Shown here: in pieces, positions 13,418 to 26,100 of the stretch
Position numbering within the stretch: position 1 is the stretch's first letter
How the letters are laid out: each line of letters starts with the position of its first letter
Origin: Camelus dromedarius
Taxonomy: Eukaryota
NCBI RefSeq assembly: GCF_036321535.1
Contig: NC_087437.1
Coordinates: forward strand, 92,072,001-92,136,000
DNA: 64,000 nucleotides
Reading direction: 5' to 3'
Notes under the pieces: model-generated
Seen by the model: the letters and a program-made list of their open reading frames with translations, nothing else
What the model was told of the DNA's origin: nothing
Database searches by the model: none
Program-made: the position numbers and the translations under genes

Positions 13418-13950
13418 TGTGGCACACATTGTCACTAGCTTTCCAAGCATCCTTCATCTTCTTTCTTTCTCGTTAACAAAAATTTATTTTATATATCAGA
13501 TAGCCATATCTTTCAAGGAAATCTTCTTGACTGAGGAAGTAAATTTTATCAAGCTAAACTAAAACAGATAAATTAGGAATAGGAATATGCCACAAGAATG
13601 AGGTTGTGGTGCATTTCTAGACAGTGGATCAGGAGGAGACATCTGCTATGGCCTTCTGGAAAACAGATAAAGGAATGATCTTTGTTTATGACCCTAACTC
13701 AGCTGTTGACATTTTTGTGATGACAAGAAAGCAAACTAGATCATATAATCTACATGCTGAGGATGACAGAGCAGAAAGATTAGAAAGAAAAGAAAAGAAA
13801 AAAAATCTGAGTACTTGATAACATTGTAAAACTGGTCAATGAACCAATCCTAAAATTGCAGAATTTTGTTACATGAGAAATAATGCAGCTATTTTAAATC
13901 ATTTATGGTTTGTATTTACGTTGACTGCAGCCCAAACTGTCCTATTTCAG
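13418..13950 (+). mobile_element. Old MaLR LTR (MLT1J/K-like)
   Basis: Starts 'tgtggca', contains 'acatgctgaggatgacagagcagaaagattagaaag' and ends 'ttgactgcagcccaaactgtcct'. Confidence 0.65.
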
Positions 13951-16444
13951 GTGCTTTGACAGGGAAGTAAAGAGATAAATAACATTATTCATTAAAAAAA
14001 AAAAAGATTCTGAGCATGTACTCTAACTGCAAATCACTGCTCTGGGTGCTAAGAATGCATTTAGATCACGACATGTCTCTGGCCATCAGCTGATTTCACA
14101 ATAATCAAAACAAAAATATCTTAAGAAATAATAAGGACTATGCATTAAAGATTTAAAAACCACACACACTTCAATGAATGAATATTTCATTAACTGCACA
14201 TTGTCTTAACTAATTCTAAAAGGAATCGAATGAGATAATCCTGCAAAATTCCAGACAGATCTTGGCCCATGGTAAGCCCTAATGACTTAACTAAGAATAG
14301 TAATATTTAACTGTAAAGGTTACTAGAATAAAACGTTGTAATATGATGACATATTCTAAATTGTAATAAGAGAGCTTTTTCAAATGTAAGAAAAAGTCAT
14401 ATAAAACTGTAAATAATTGTTTAACCTTTCAAATCAAACGTTACTTTTTGAGTGAAAAGGACTATCACCCTGAACTGCACTTAAAGTACCTATTTAAAAC
14501 TTGAGCACTGTAATAAAAATGTACAACTTCTTAAATTAGGGTGGTGTTATTGTGCTTGTACATGAAGTTCCGGGAATCTGAAGATTATAGAACTCTAAAT
14601 ACGCCTTTACAAAAGAACCCATGCGTCTGTGGTTACTCCCAGAGAGCCCTGCTTTGAATAAGCAACACATCAGCCTTCTTCAAAATATTCCAAAATCTTG
14701 CTTAAGCAAGTGAAATTAAGGCACTCTCTGATCCCAGCAAAAGAAAAGCAGTGTCATGAAAATGGTAATATCAATGAATATTAATGAAATGTTAATAAAT
14801 CACTAGCCCATGGGTGGAAAGGTAATCCTACCACATACTCTTAAATCCTTCATCAGAACGACCCAAACATCAGAATTTGCATTTCTGTTTACATTTCCCT
14901 CCATCATAATTGGTAGTTTGTCACTATTTCTCTACTTGCTTGAGGCATTATTCTAACTGAATACGTTCTGTATATAGAGAGAAGAATCCTCACTCATCAA
15001 GACTGTCAACTTCACCACTTCTCCTTTTTAGTTATTCTTGTTAGTTACTCTCCTTCTGCTTTTACTTGCTTAAGACTTGTCACTCATTCAGCAGATGCAC
15101 TGACAGATACTTGACTGACATGTAAATTTATTCACAGAAAAGAAAAGGACATTTTTGTTCTGACGTTTTATTTTTATCTCTGCATGCCATCTTTATTTGA
15201 CAGATTATAAAGCCATATTCGTATTAAAAAGCATCTTTAAATAAAGAGCAATTTGCCGTATCAATATTGTCTTCCCACTTCTTTTATCTCCATGGCCTTA
15301 GAAGGCTTACTGAAAATAACATTTCTCACATTCAGAGATAGTAATCCAAGTAATGGTGAATGGCCACACTTCCTCTCTCTTTTTTATTATTATTTCTGGC
15401 TTATTCAGTGTACACAGGGAAGAATGTATCATCTTTCTATATCATGGAGACAAGTGGATTGGCATATATTCTGCTTGTCCTTTTCTGAAATGCTTGAAGA
15501 AATTATAACTTTCGGGCAATAGGAAAAAATAGTCAAATTCAACAACCTAGGAACAGGAATCAAGAAGAAAATCTACATTATATTTTATTTCAGAAAGATT
15601 ACATATAAAAACAACAAATTCTCCTTCGCATGTCAGTGAAATGAGAAAAAGGATTTCTTATAATTAAAATGTATTCATTCTCTTTAACAGTTTAGGTATT
15701 GAAATCTAATAATTCTTTTGTAAAATGGAGTTTGAAAATATATTTTTTCTCTATATTGACAAGTATGTATATCTAGTGTAATTATTTGAGAAGAAAAATA
15801 ACACAGACCAAAATACCCATAGAATCAGTCACCCCAGATGTTAGAAATGAACTCACTGAACACATGTCAAATCAAAAGCAACCACACTGCACTCCCGGAC
15901 AGCCTAGTAGTTTTGGACGTAAGTGGAGTAGATAATATGAATGTCCATCAGATGCTGTACACGACACTTTATCCCACTGAGCTAGTTCTTTCTGTGACTT
16001 AATACTGCTCAAGATGTCCTCAAAAGCTAGAAGGTCTCCATTTGCAAGGTCATTTGATTGTTTCTAAATAACTTAGGGGATACTCATGTCAATATGACAA
16101 CTGGGAAGAGTAAATGAGAACTCTCCCTTCCTGATACACGCTATTAGTACTTGTGAGATATGTCACAATAGTTCACTGCTTATAAAATCCTTCACAGAGA
16201 TATTTATTGCAGCATATTAATTTCATACTGTTGTAAATCCAGAATCTATACCCTAGATTCAGAAGTTGTTCAAAATTTCAAAGAAATACTACATATTAAA
16301 TGTGGATTTTTGGAGAGAAGAGTCCAAAAGAAAAATATGTGAGGACAATTGATTTGAATAAATGAAAGAGTTTGGAATTAAATAAGAAGAATAATGGACT
16401 GTTTTCTTATAAACTGGTTAAAAGTCAGTGTTTTGCTTAACATT

Positions 16445-16526
16445 TGGGCTTGTGTCTGCTGCGGCTGTTGCTAGCACGCAGTGAGTACTTAATGACTGCT
16501 AAGTGAATGAACGAATAAATGAAGGA
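16445..16526 (+). mobile_element. L2 3' tail
   Basis: 'ctagcacgcagtgagtacttaatgactgctaagtgaatgaacgaataaatgaa'. Confidence 0.6.
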
Positions 16527-19329
16527 ATATCCAAGAGCTACATTTTTAAAAGAACTGTATGAGCCACTACTTAGGCTAAATTCTTAACACTTTCACCTTT
16601 TCAATTTGTAACAATGCATTGCTCTTAAACATAAGTAAAAAAAAAAAATCATTAATTTATTACTTTCAACTGGGTGTTCCAATAGCAAGAAAATGTATAC
16701 TCTTTTCAGTGGTCTCTTATCTCTGGCACTCTTAAGACAAATTTAAAAATCACTGCTCCGATAACTACTCATTCACATTTTGTATACCTCATTAACCAGT
16801 TTTTGAGAATTCCTGAAAACAAAGGATCGAGCAAACAACAAGCATAATGGCTTGGATCTTAGTCTTTGAATATATGTTGAGTTATTGAAATCAGTCTTCA
16901 GAGGGCCCAAATAAAAACACAAACTTGCAGCAAGGAAAACGCGTTGTTAGTGATACACAAAGTTAGCTTTTCTAGCTCTGAGGTGGTAAAAGAATTTACA
17001 TTTCAGCTTTTAACTGAATCTTTTTTTCTACTACCTGGGAGATACCATTATGAGCCAACACCTGTTGGAAGTTTTCCTGATCCTTTCAGCTCATTCTTCT
17101 GTTGTCTTTGTACCCATTCACCAGATGTGCCCATTGAACAACTGATTCCCTGGGCATGGCCATAAATGCTTCATGATATACTTGGATATGAGCTTTACAT
17201 GCAAAATGCTGAGGCAGTCATTTCTTTGGCATTAAAAATGGGACCAAAACCTCACTGCTTCATGATAAACCAAGATGACTAATGATGAACCATAATTTCT
17301 CAGAAAAGCTGACTTGAAAAACATAAATGTACTTCAGGACACCAATGTATTTCCAGTTCCTTGGTATTTAGAGCCTTTCTGTCCCAAATGTCTGGGATGA
17401 ATCCATCTTATTTGTGGCCATTTCCATAAACAAGAGCCCTAGATAGAGCCGAACTTCCTTTCATCAACATTGTTTTGATACTATTTGTTCACCGTGACTT
17501 CAGTATTGACACCTCTGTTTAATGTTTCTACAACTGTTCTTCCTCAGGAAGCTATTCTCTGAATAATTTGAAAAATATTAAAAAACAAAACAAAACTCAT
17601 GGCCTGACAGAGAAAGAAAACATTGTTTTATAAAGGAGTTGAATGATTTATCCACAGAAATTAATATGACTTTTTAACTTTTATTACAGAATATTTATTC
17701 ATTTTCGAATATGAGAATAATGAAAAAGAGTAAGAAAAAAATCTGCTCAAGATATTTGCTCTGTTTATTTTCCTTCTATGTACAGATTTCTTACAATATA
17801 GCGCTAATTATAATGTGTAAGTGGGTATGTCTCACGTGAAATGTATTATCATTTTCCATGTTATAACATACTTCTATTTGTGCCTATTTTAAACACTTTA
17901 TAGTAGCTTTGTTATGCATCCTACATTTTTCTAGCTTTACTTCCTGCTTAGTAACTTATCTATTTCTTTTGTAATCAAAACTATGATGTTTTTCTTATAT
18001 TTTGTATCACTCTTACTCCCAGAAATTCCACTCTTTTCAGCTACATTTTGTCTTATTTTTGTGATAACTGAAAATATTTAATTAGTAAATGCACATGAAA
18101 TGTACTTAATTACATGGTATCAATACAAATTCTAGGGGAGTTAATATATTTAACATGCATTTTCCTTTTTTCTTACACTGGATTGTGTAGTCCACTGCTA
18201 TTCTGAAAATGATGTTTAGCATAGCATCTTCTTGGTGGCAGTCTAACATATGTAGAAATTCATTTGTTTTGTGTTTATTATTTTTGATTTTATCTTAACT
18301 AGATTCATATTTCACTTGATTATTACGGATATATTGGACATAAAGTCACATAATGTGCAAATAATATTACACTTCTTCCTTTTTTATACAATACTTATCA
18401 GCATTCAAAAGACAAGCCTATAGCTTTTACTGCATAAATTCACACTTAATATTATTCCCATATTTTGTGGCTGTTTATTTTGTGAATAATTTCATTGGGA
18501 ATTTGAATTAATTCTGTGCTTGGAATGTGAGTATTCTGCCTCTCAAAATTGAGAATTGAAGTGTAATTTAATGAGCAAAAACACCCATCTTTGTAGATAA
18601 GCTTGTAAAATGAAGTAGGAATGAGAGCATTTAGTCATCAGGGTGGGTATACTAACCCTTCGCGTAGTGGAGAAGTGTCATTTCACCAGCCCAGCCATCA
18701 TGCCTTTACCCTTTTCTTGCATCTACATCACTATATTCCTTCAGGAGCTGTTATAAACATGCTCCATCACAAACAACCCTGTCTTGATTTCCAGTAAAGG
18801 TCCTCATCTCATTGGCAAAATGATGGGCACAGGACACAGGCAAGAACAGTGTCTCTCGACCCTGAGAACTGGGATTTTCCAGCTACATAAGGCTGGAAAA
18901 TGATGGGCTTGTTTAATTTATGTGGGAGGTTCCTGCTACCAATAGTCCCTTTCCTGAACCTCACTGTTCAAAAGATGTTTTTGAATTCTCTGAGCTATTT
19001 CTTACTTTCTAAGATTTTTCTTTTTCTTTTTTCTTATTTTTTACTTCTTTTCTTTTTTTTTTTTAATGTTTATGTCAAACTTAGCCAGACATGGGATCTG
19101 GTGCTTAAACACAGAGAACCCTGAGACAACCCTGAGACACTTTTTCAGAAAAAAAGTTTAGAAAAAAATGTAATAATCCTAATTTTTCAAAGTTAACTCC
19201 ATACATACTTGTGTGTATGTGTGTGTGTATATGTATAGATAGACCTGCTCTGTGAGATGTTCTTAATAGTATTGAATAATAATGCTAAATGTAATTCTAT
19301 ACATTTTATAAATAATATACCATATAATT

Positions 19330-19700
19330 TTTATATATTATACACTATTACATATTATATATTGTATGTATATACACATAATATATTATTGTACATGCAA
19401 CTTTGTGACCTATTCCTTGAACAACATGCAACTTTGTAACCCATTCTTTTTATTTGACAACATATTGTGTAATTTAACCTTTTAATATTTTTATAGCTAC
19501 ATATTGTTCAAGGTTATTACGTGTATTATAATGTAATTAACTATTTCCTAACTAGGAACACTTAGAATATTTAAAATCATACTTACCTTTCATTTCCTAC
19601 CAATACTGTAATTAATATTAAGTGGTGAAAATCAATACTAAATGTCTTATAATTTTACTTTGAGCATTTATTAGGAAGTGAACTGTTTAATTTATGAGAA
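19330..19700 (-). mobile_element. Old L1ME-like fragment
   Basis: 'tttttatagctacatattgttc...taattaactatttcctaact.ggaacacttag' is a reverse L1 ORF2 end / 3' UTR motif. Highly decayed. Confidence 0.5.
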
Positions 19701-21699
19701 AATATTTGTTTTTTATTTAAATAACAAGTGTTAAAATCTGATCCCACACAAGAAGGAGCAATGCTTGGTAATCTGTAGATAAATTATTTTACATTTCTGT
19801 ATATTGGGAAAAACAAAATAGAGGCACAGAGGAGGCAAATATTATTTATATTTTTAAAGTCTCTTTAGAAAATTATTCAGACCATCCAATCCTTTGAAGA
19901 ACTTTAAAACAGATTTGTGTAAACAAACATGCTTTTAATTTGTGATTTTACACTATGTATATAAAATAAACTTTTTGAGGAAGAATTCAATTCAAACAGA
20001 CTTTTCCATCAGTCCAGAGGAGCTAAAACATCAGTTTTGACTTTGCCAATTATTTTCCAACTGCTCCATATGTGGTTCTTTGCATTTTTACCAAATCATA
20101 TCATTTTAAAATTAGTTTAATTAAATATATATTTTAGACATACTGTCTGTAAATTTAAATTATAGGGTATCCCCAATAATACTGAATGTTTCACACAACT
20201 AGTGAAAAAAAACCAGAAATTAGTTTTTAGAAAAAGAGGTGAATAATACATACCAGCAGGTAAATCATAAGCTGTCTTCAACTAGTGCCTCAGGCTATAC
20301 AGACTTTAGAAAACATTTACTTCAGATTCTTTTCAGAAATTTTGCATTTGGATTCCATAGTTAGCCTCCATATATGCATTCATATTCTTTTCTATGGGCC
20401 TCAAATCTCTATATATGGAAATATCTTCTTCAGAAAGCATAATTTTTTTTAAGGAATATGTTGCAAGTTTTGTGTTCCTGTCTGTCTGGTGGGTCTGCCT
20501 GAGGGCTGCCTATTAAACCACCAATTTCTACACTGAAAAGGCTTTCCCCTGATGAAATGTTATTGTTTCAAGTATGCTAATGACTTTTCTTGAAGAGTAA
20601 CATGTGAAAATAAAAATGAGCTACCCATTCCCAGTATTTATATACACGTATAAAGGCTTCCCAGTATATGTCTTTTCCAAATGACTGCTGTGTAATTTAC
20701 TGAAGCCATATTTTTTGATCAGTTTCAACTTTTACATTGTCTTGATTCCTCAATATGAAATAAAATTAGCCTTTGACCAAACCAAAACTTGAAGAAAATC
20801 AGAAGAGGTCTATAATCCACTAGCCAAGAGTATGTGTCTCTACAAAGGTCTGACAAAAGATTGATACTGTCAGTCAACTTTCTAATTAAGGAATAGAACA
20901 ATGTAGGGGGGAAATTTTTTTCTAAGTTGTTTTTTTTTTCTTTCAAAGTTTTTGATGTTGCTTCTTGTTATGGAGTAATGTGAAAGACAGAGAAAGAGAT
21001 GATTATGAAAAAATCATTCAACCTTTCCACCAGCATTTCAAGTCTATGGACTACAGCTGTCAGTTAAAATCCATATACTTACATTTGAGTCTTGAAAATC
21101 CTTTCACAAGGAAGTATCAATTATTTTTCATTTTATAGAAAATATTGAATTATATTAATCTAGTATCTGATAACATACTTGATTAAAATAAAATTTTATG
21201 AATGTACCAAGCAGGCTCATTACTGTGAGATGCAGTGTTTTTCTTTTTCCTCCATTTTAGCATGTTGTTTTAAATTATGAGGATACACTTCTAATATCTT
21301 CTTATCTATCACCGTAAAACAGTCTGAAAAAAGAGAAATAACTCTTTCCTTAATATTAAGGAGAATGTAAGTAAGATTTCTAAAAGTCACTGCTATTGTA
21401 ATACATTTACTATGCAAGAATGTTTAGTTTTGAAATTTGTATTATAAAACTACTGTTTGTGTACTGTTGTGAGTAAATAGGGAAAACACATATGTTGCCT
21501 ATTAGTAAGTCACTAATATAAGGTTAACTTAATTATTATTGTATCTGATAAATTACAATAAAAATTTTTAAATATGATTTCAGTGCTTGTTTAAGATTCT
21601 GTTACCAATGTCTAAATATATTTTGCTGTTGCTGATATCAGGACACCAGGTGAACCTAGCTAAACTAGGTTCTTTTCAGAAACCACTCACTTCTTTAGA

Positions 21700-23160
21700 A
21701 AATGTTAATTGGACACTATATTTATCAGTGACTGTCTAGGCTCTGGAAATATAGGAATGTATGGAATAAACATAGCAGGAAGCACACAGAGTTAATTTTC
21801 TTCTAAGATAATATAGAGAATAAAAGAAACAAGCAAAAATGTGGCAATTTTAGATAATAAGAATAATATTAAAGAAATACATTTAAAAGATAGATCTATC
21901 TTTAGGATAGATTCTTTAGGAGTTGTAGGATGAGAGCTAATTTACAGAGCTTGGTAACAAAACCCCTGTCTGAACAGAATTGAAACTTAAGTGATAAAAG
22001 ATAAATAAGAGGTAAAAATTATTCTAGCAGAAAGAATTGCAAGTTCAAAGGCCCTGAGGTAGATTTATGTGCAGTATCTTTAAGGCACAGGCACAATAAA
22101 AGTTTGTCTGGCATTTCATGAACAAGGGAGAAGAATGACAGGAACTAACTAACATTGGAGATAGAGTCAGGGATCAAAGCAGTTGACACATTTTAGGCTT
22201 TGGTCTGGGGTTTGGATTTGCTCCATAAGCCCAAGAGGAAAGGAGAGCTTTAAGCCAAGCTTTAAGTGGTTTTGAACTTGGGTATTTTACATTGGAGCTG
22301 ATGAAACTCTAGATCAAGTTTAAAGATATTAGCATTTGATGTAGAGACAAATATGACCATAAGTAGTGTTGGCAAATTTAGCAAACAAAAATAGAGGGTT
22401 CCAAATAATACTTCTAGTTTAATTATGTACTATACTTGGAACATATGTGTATCAACATATTATTTATTTATCTGAATTTCCATTCTGTCTAGGTACCCTA
22501 AATTTTATCTGGCAAACCTAAGATTCCTGACATTCTTTGGAGCACCAAGGGAAAGGACAGTACCACGGACTTAGAAGGGGAAGACTAGAAAAGAGCATTT
22601 TTATAGGACTGGGGAGATGGGAGGGAGAACAAACAAGTCTATGTTGAAGGTGGTCAATTTTGAGAAGTTGATCAGACATGCAAATGGAGATGCTTGAGAA
22701 AAGCTCCAAAAAGAAAAGAAGGTTGGAGCTACATTAGTCATCTGCATACAGATGCTATGTAAAGTTGTAGGAATACCTTAACAGTGCTGGAGAAGGAAGC
22801 AAGAGAGACAGGAGGCAGAAGAAAACAGGAGAGTGTGATTTCACAGAAATGTAGAGAAAATGGTCAACAGCTAAGTGGGGAGGGAAAATTTAGTAAGAAA
22901 AAGACTATTGGGCTCCACAAAAGAAGATCGTTAGCGTTTAAGTGGACGGATAAGGATGAAAGCCCCAGGTGAAGGTTAAGGATGGGGATTGGGGGTGGAA
23001 TAAAAGGAATATTAACCATGCTGTGAAATTGTGTCATGAATGGAGAGTAAGAGAATGGGGTCCACGTGGAATGTAGGGGATCACGGGATCAAGAAAAGTT
23101 CTTTTTTTTTCAAGGTAGTAGGATTAACACACATTTCCATGTAGATGAGAATTTTTTGTT
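21700..23160 (-). mobile_element. L2 (long fragment), interrupted by MER53
   Basis: Reverse L2 motifs: 'attctagcagaaagaattgcaagttcaaaggccctgaggtag', 'ttttgagaagttgatcagacatgcaaatggagatg', 'gaaaacaggagagtgtgatttcacagaa'. Confidence 0.8.
22364..22520. mobile_element. MER53 palindromic hAT MITE
   Basis: Termini 'tagtgttggcaaatttagcaaacaaaaatagagg' and 'ttatttatctgaattt...ttttatctggcaaaccta' match the MER53 ends (inverted termini). Confidence 0.85.
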
Positions 23161-26100
23161 AGCAACAGAAAGTGAAGCAGGTTATACACAATGTTTCCAG
23201 ACTAGCCAGTGTGAAATCCAGATCTCAGGTGGACAGTGTGCCCTTAAGGGGGATCAGAAAACTGCTTTTGTTGTATTAGTAGGAAGTGCAGAGGAGTTAG
23301 CTGTAAGCCAGCAAGATAGTGACTTCAGTGGTCAGAAGATGAGTAGTCCTCATCTCATCAATATTTATCTTCTAACGGACAACATTTGAGGATTGCAGAT
23401 GTGAATTATAAAAAAAATAAACATTTTAGGAAAAAAACACACACACATACATTCAATAAAGCCTGTTTCTTAATCTTTGGTCTGGTTCAAAGAACTCTCC
23501 TTGGAGCTTTCAGAACACTTCTATCCCAATGCAAACTATGTGGCACTTTAATTGTCATTCTATTTATGGAGAGTAAGTGTTATTTAGTATTCTTTTGTAT
23601 CCCTAGTTAAGCTGTTAGCCTTGGAAATTTTAGTGTGCAATAAATATGTGATGAATGAAGAGTCAAAAATTTAGCAAAGAAACAACAAGTGCGTGTCTCT
23701 GGAATTTTGGACGAACCACTGTTTACCCTACAGCTTATAAATAGTTTTTTTTTCATAACTCACATGGAAAAAAATAAATAGCATGTATGTTTTGTATATT
23801 TGGCAAGTCACCACACTTTTCTAGGTTTCCCTATGTTTGACAAACTTTAAAAAGAATTTAAGAAAGTAATCTAGTTGATTAAAATTACAATATCTTATGC
23901 CATTTGTGGAGTTTTAACATCCAATGTTTCTTTTGATTTGTCACTTATATACAAAAATTGTCTTGATTTTCAAATAATATTGTTCAAATTTATGGTGATA
24001 GAAAATCAGAATCTAAGGTGTTACGTTCCACTGGGTGACATTATGGTGTTCAAACACTGATTTTAATTAATGAATGACAGATTCTATTGAAGTTTAATTT
24101 TTTAGTACATATCTTATAGAGATATGTATTGTTCAATGGTGATTTAAATTGAAGAGGTTTGTAAGTCACCACATAATGTTTTTCTTAATTATTCTGAAAT
24201 ACATTAGGGGCCCTCTGAAATGAAAGCCATATTTATACATACAAAGATGTTTATAGAATATCTACTTTACATGACTTTAACCTACACCTACTAAAATCCA
24301 TATGATACTGAGAAAAAGGAGATATAGGCTTACTGCATATCACACAAGACTGTCATGATTTATTCAGATTTTAAGGAAGTTACAAAAGCCATGTTGGTGG
24401 CAAAAGCCTGAGAAAATTCATGATGCTGAATTTTTCTTTTCTATTTGATATAAATAAGATATATAATTTTTCTTGATATGCCAATAAGAATGATTCAGAA
24501 TATTTAAATATTAAAATTAATTTAGCAGTGTTATGATTATGTGTATCACTGCTAATATTTCAGAGAAATGAGACTTTTCTTAATCTGGTATTTTGAAAAA
24601 TTAAACTTATTCTCGAAGTATGGTTTTTTTCAAAAATACTTTCCTATTAGCATGAATTAATGATGTAGTGTTCATGTTATCCAGTCCTATAAGGGAAGTA
24701 AATTAAGGAATATATGTGCTTTTAATAGTCATCTATAGTTAAAATTACCATTTATTTAACTTCAGTACATTAATGTGAATGAAAATGTAAGTATGTGACC
24801 TGCCAACTTACCCCTCCTGGTTATGAGTGGTGGTTTTGTTCTATCATTTGTGGCTGTAGATGCAGGCAGTCTCTCAATGTACACGTCCTACTTTTCTAAG
24901 ATATCCCACTGGAAAAACTTAATGACCAGATAAGTTCTGCTGCCCAGAAGTCACTGGATATTTCGCAGCACCACTTGGAATATTTCTTATATTCACTTTG
25001 TTCATGTTCAACTTACGCTGTCAGTTTAGACAGGCGTTCTTGGGTACCACATGCCTCTGCAGCTTTTGACTTGGTTCTACTTGGTTCTACCTACCTTGGT
25101 TCTAACTCAGAAACAGAGTTCTGGCAAGAATTGCTGTGTGATATTATTAGACAAATATTTGGGAGGTCTTGCTTTAATTTATCTTTTCCCATAATTGATT
25201 TTGAAAAGGTATAGTAGATGGTAGAAACCATTTAAATGTCTAAAAATAACTTTTACGCCAGATTAAAATATCACAGATATAATGTATATTTATAGGAGTT
25301 TTCTAACTTTCCCCTTGGTACATCAACATATGGAAAGAAATATATTCTTTCTTCAACCATTTTCTCATTAGCATCTCAGAATTTTACTCATTGAAACCAT
25401 GCAGCAAAGTTAGGTGGTCTACCGGCAGGACCTTGCTACAAAATCAACTCCAAGCGCAGGGCTTTCAGAGAGTTCTAAATTATTAATTATATACTGTATT
25501 CTTCACTCCTATGCTGATGAAAATTTAGTCTCTGTACCCTCTGTGGGTTGTGCCTTATTGCTACTGTGTTATTATTATTTAGAAAGCATTTTGTGTGGGA
25601 TCATCTTTCAAATATTTTTCAAGTCATGTCAGGTAAAACACAACTGGTTTATTAGCTTAATATGAAAAATAATCAGGCCTTTTCTAATTTTATATGATAA
25701 TTATTTAATGTAGTATTTACGACTTGTATATAACTGATGATAAAATCAATGTTGATCAGTTGTTTGATCGGTTTAATTTGGCAAATCCTCTAATACCTAT
25801 TTTTTCTCATTTGTGATATTTTATGTACTTTAAAAGAATATTTTCTCATCTACAGGGAGAATCTATAGATTTACATATACATCTAATTTAATGCATTTTT
25901 ATATGAAGCAAAAACATCTCATTTACTGTTACATATTCAAATTAAACTCCAGTAATAATTCTAGTGCTATAATTTTTTTAAATCTGTATTTTTCCATGGT
26001 TGAGTTAATCCAAATGTATGGTTATGAATAGGGCTATGACTAAGTTTGTTCAAGGATTTTTCTTATATTTTCCTTAACATAAAATTATTAAGTAACTTTT

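Noticed and set aside
14568..14576. Perfect STAT motif TTCCGGGAA
   Set aside because: A single 9-mer with no supporting context, so chance occurrence is plausible.
17028..17080. 'tactacctgggagataccat' resembling the U1 snRNA 5' end
   Set aside because: Only about 20 bp of gapped similarity, with no continuation into the U1 body, Sm site or TSD.
21240..21372. Acceptor-like polypyrimidine-AG and GTAAGT pair as an exon (similar case at 10275-10415)
   Set aside because: Such signals are frequent in AT-rich DNA, there is no convincing coding frame, and transcript evidence would be needed.
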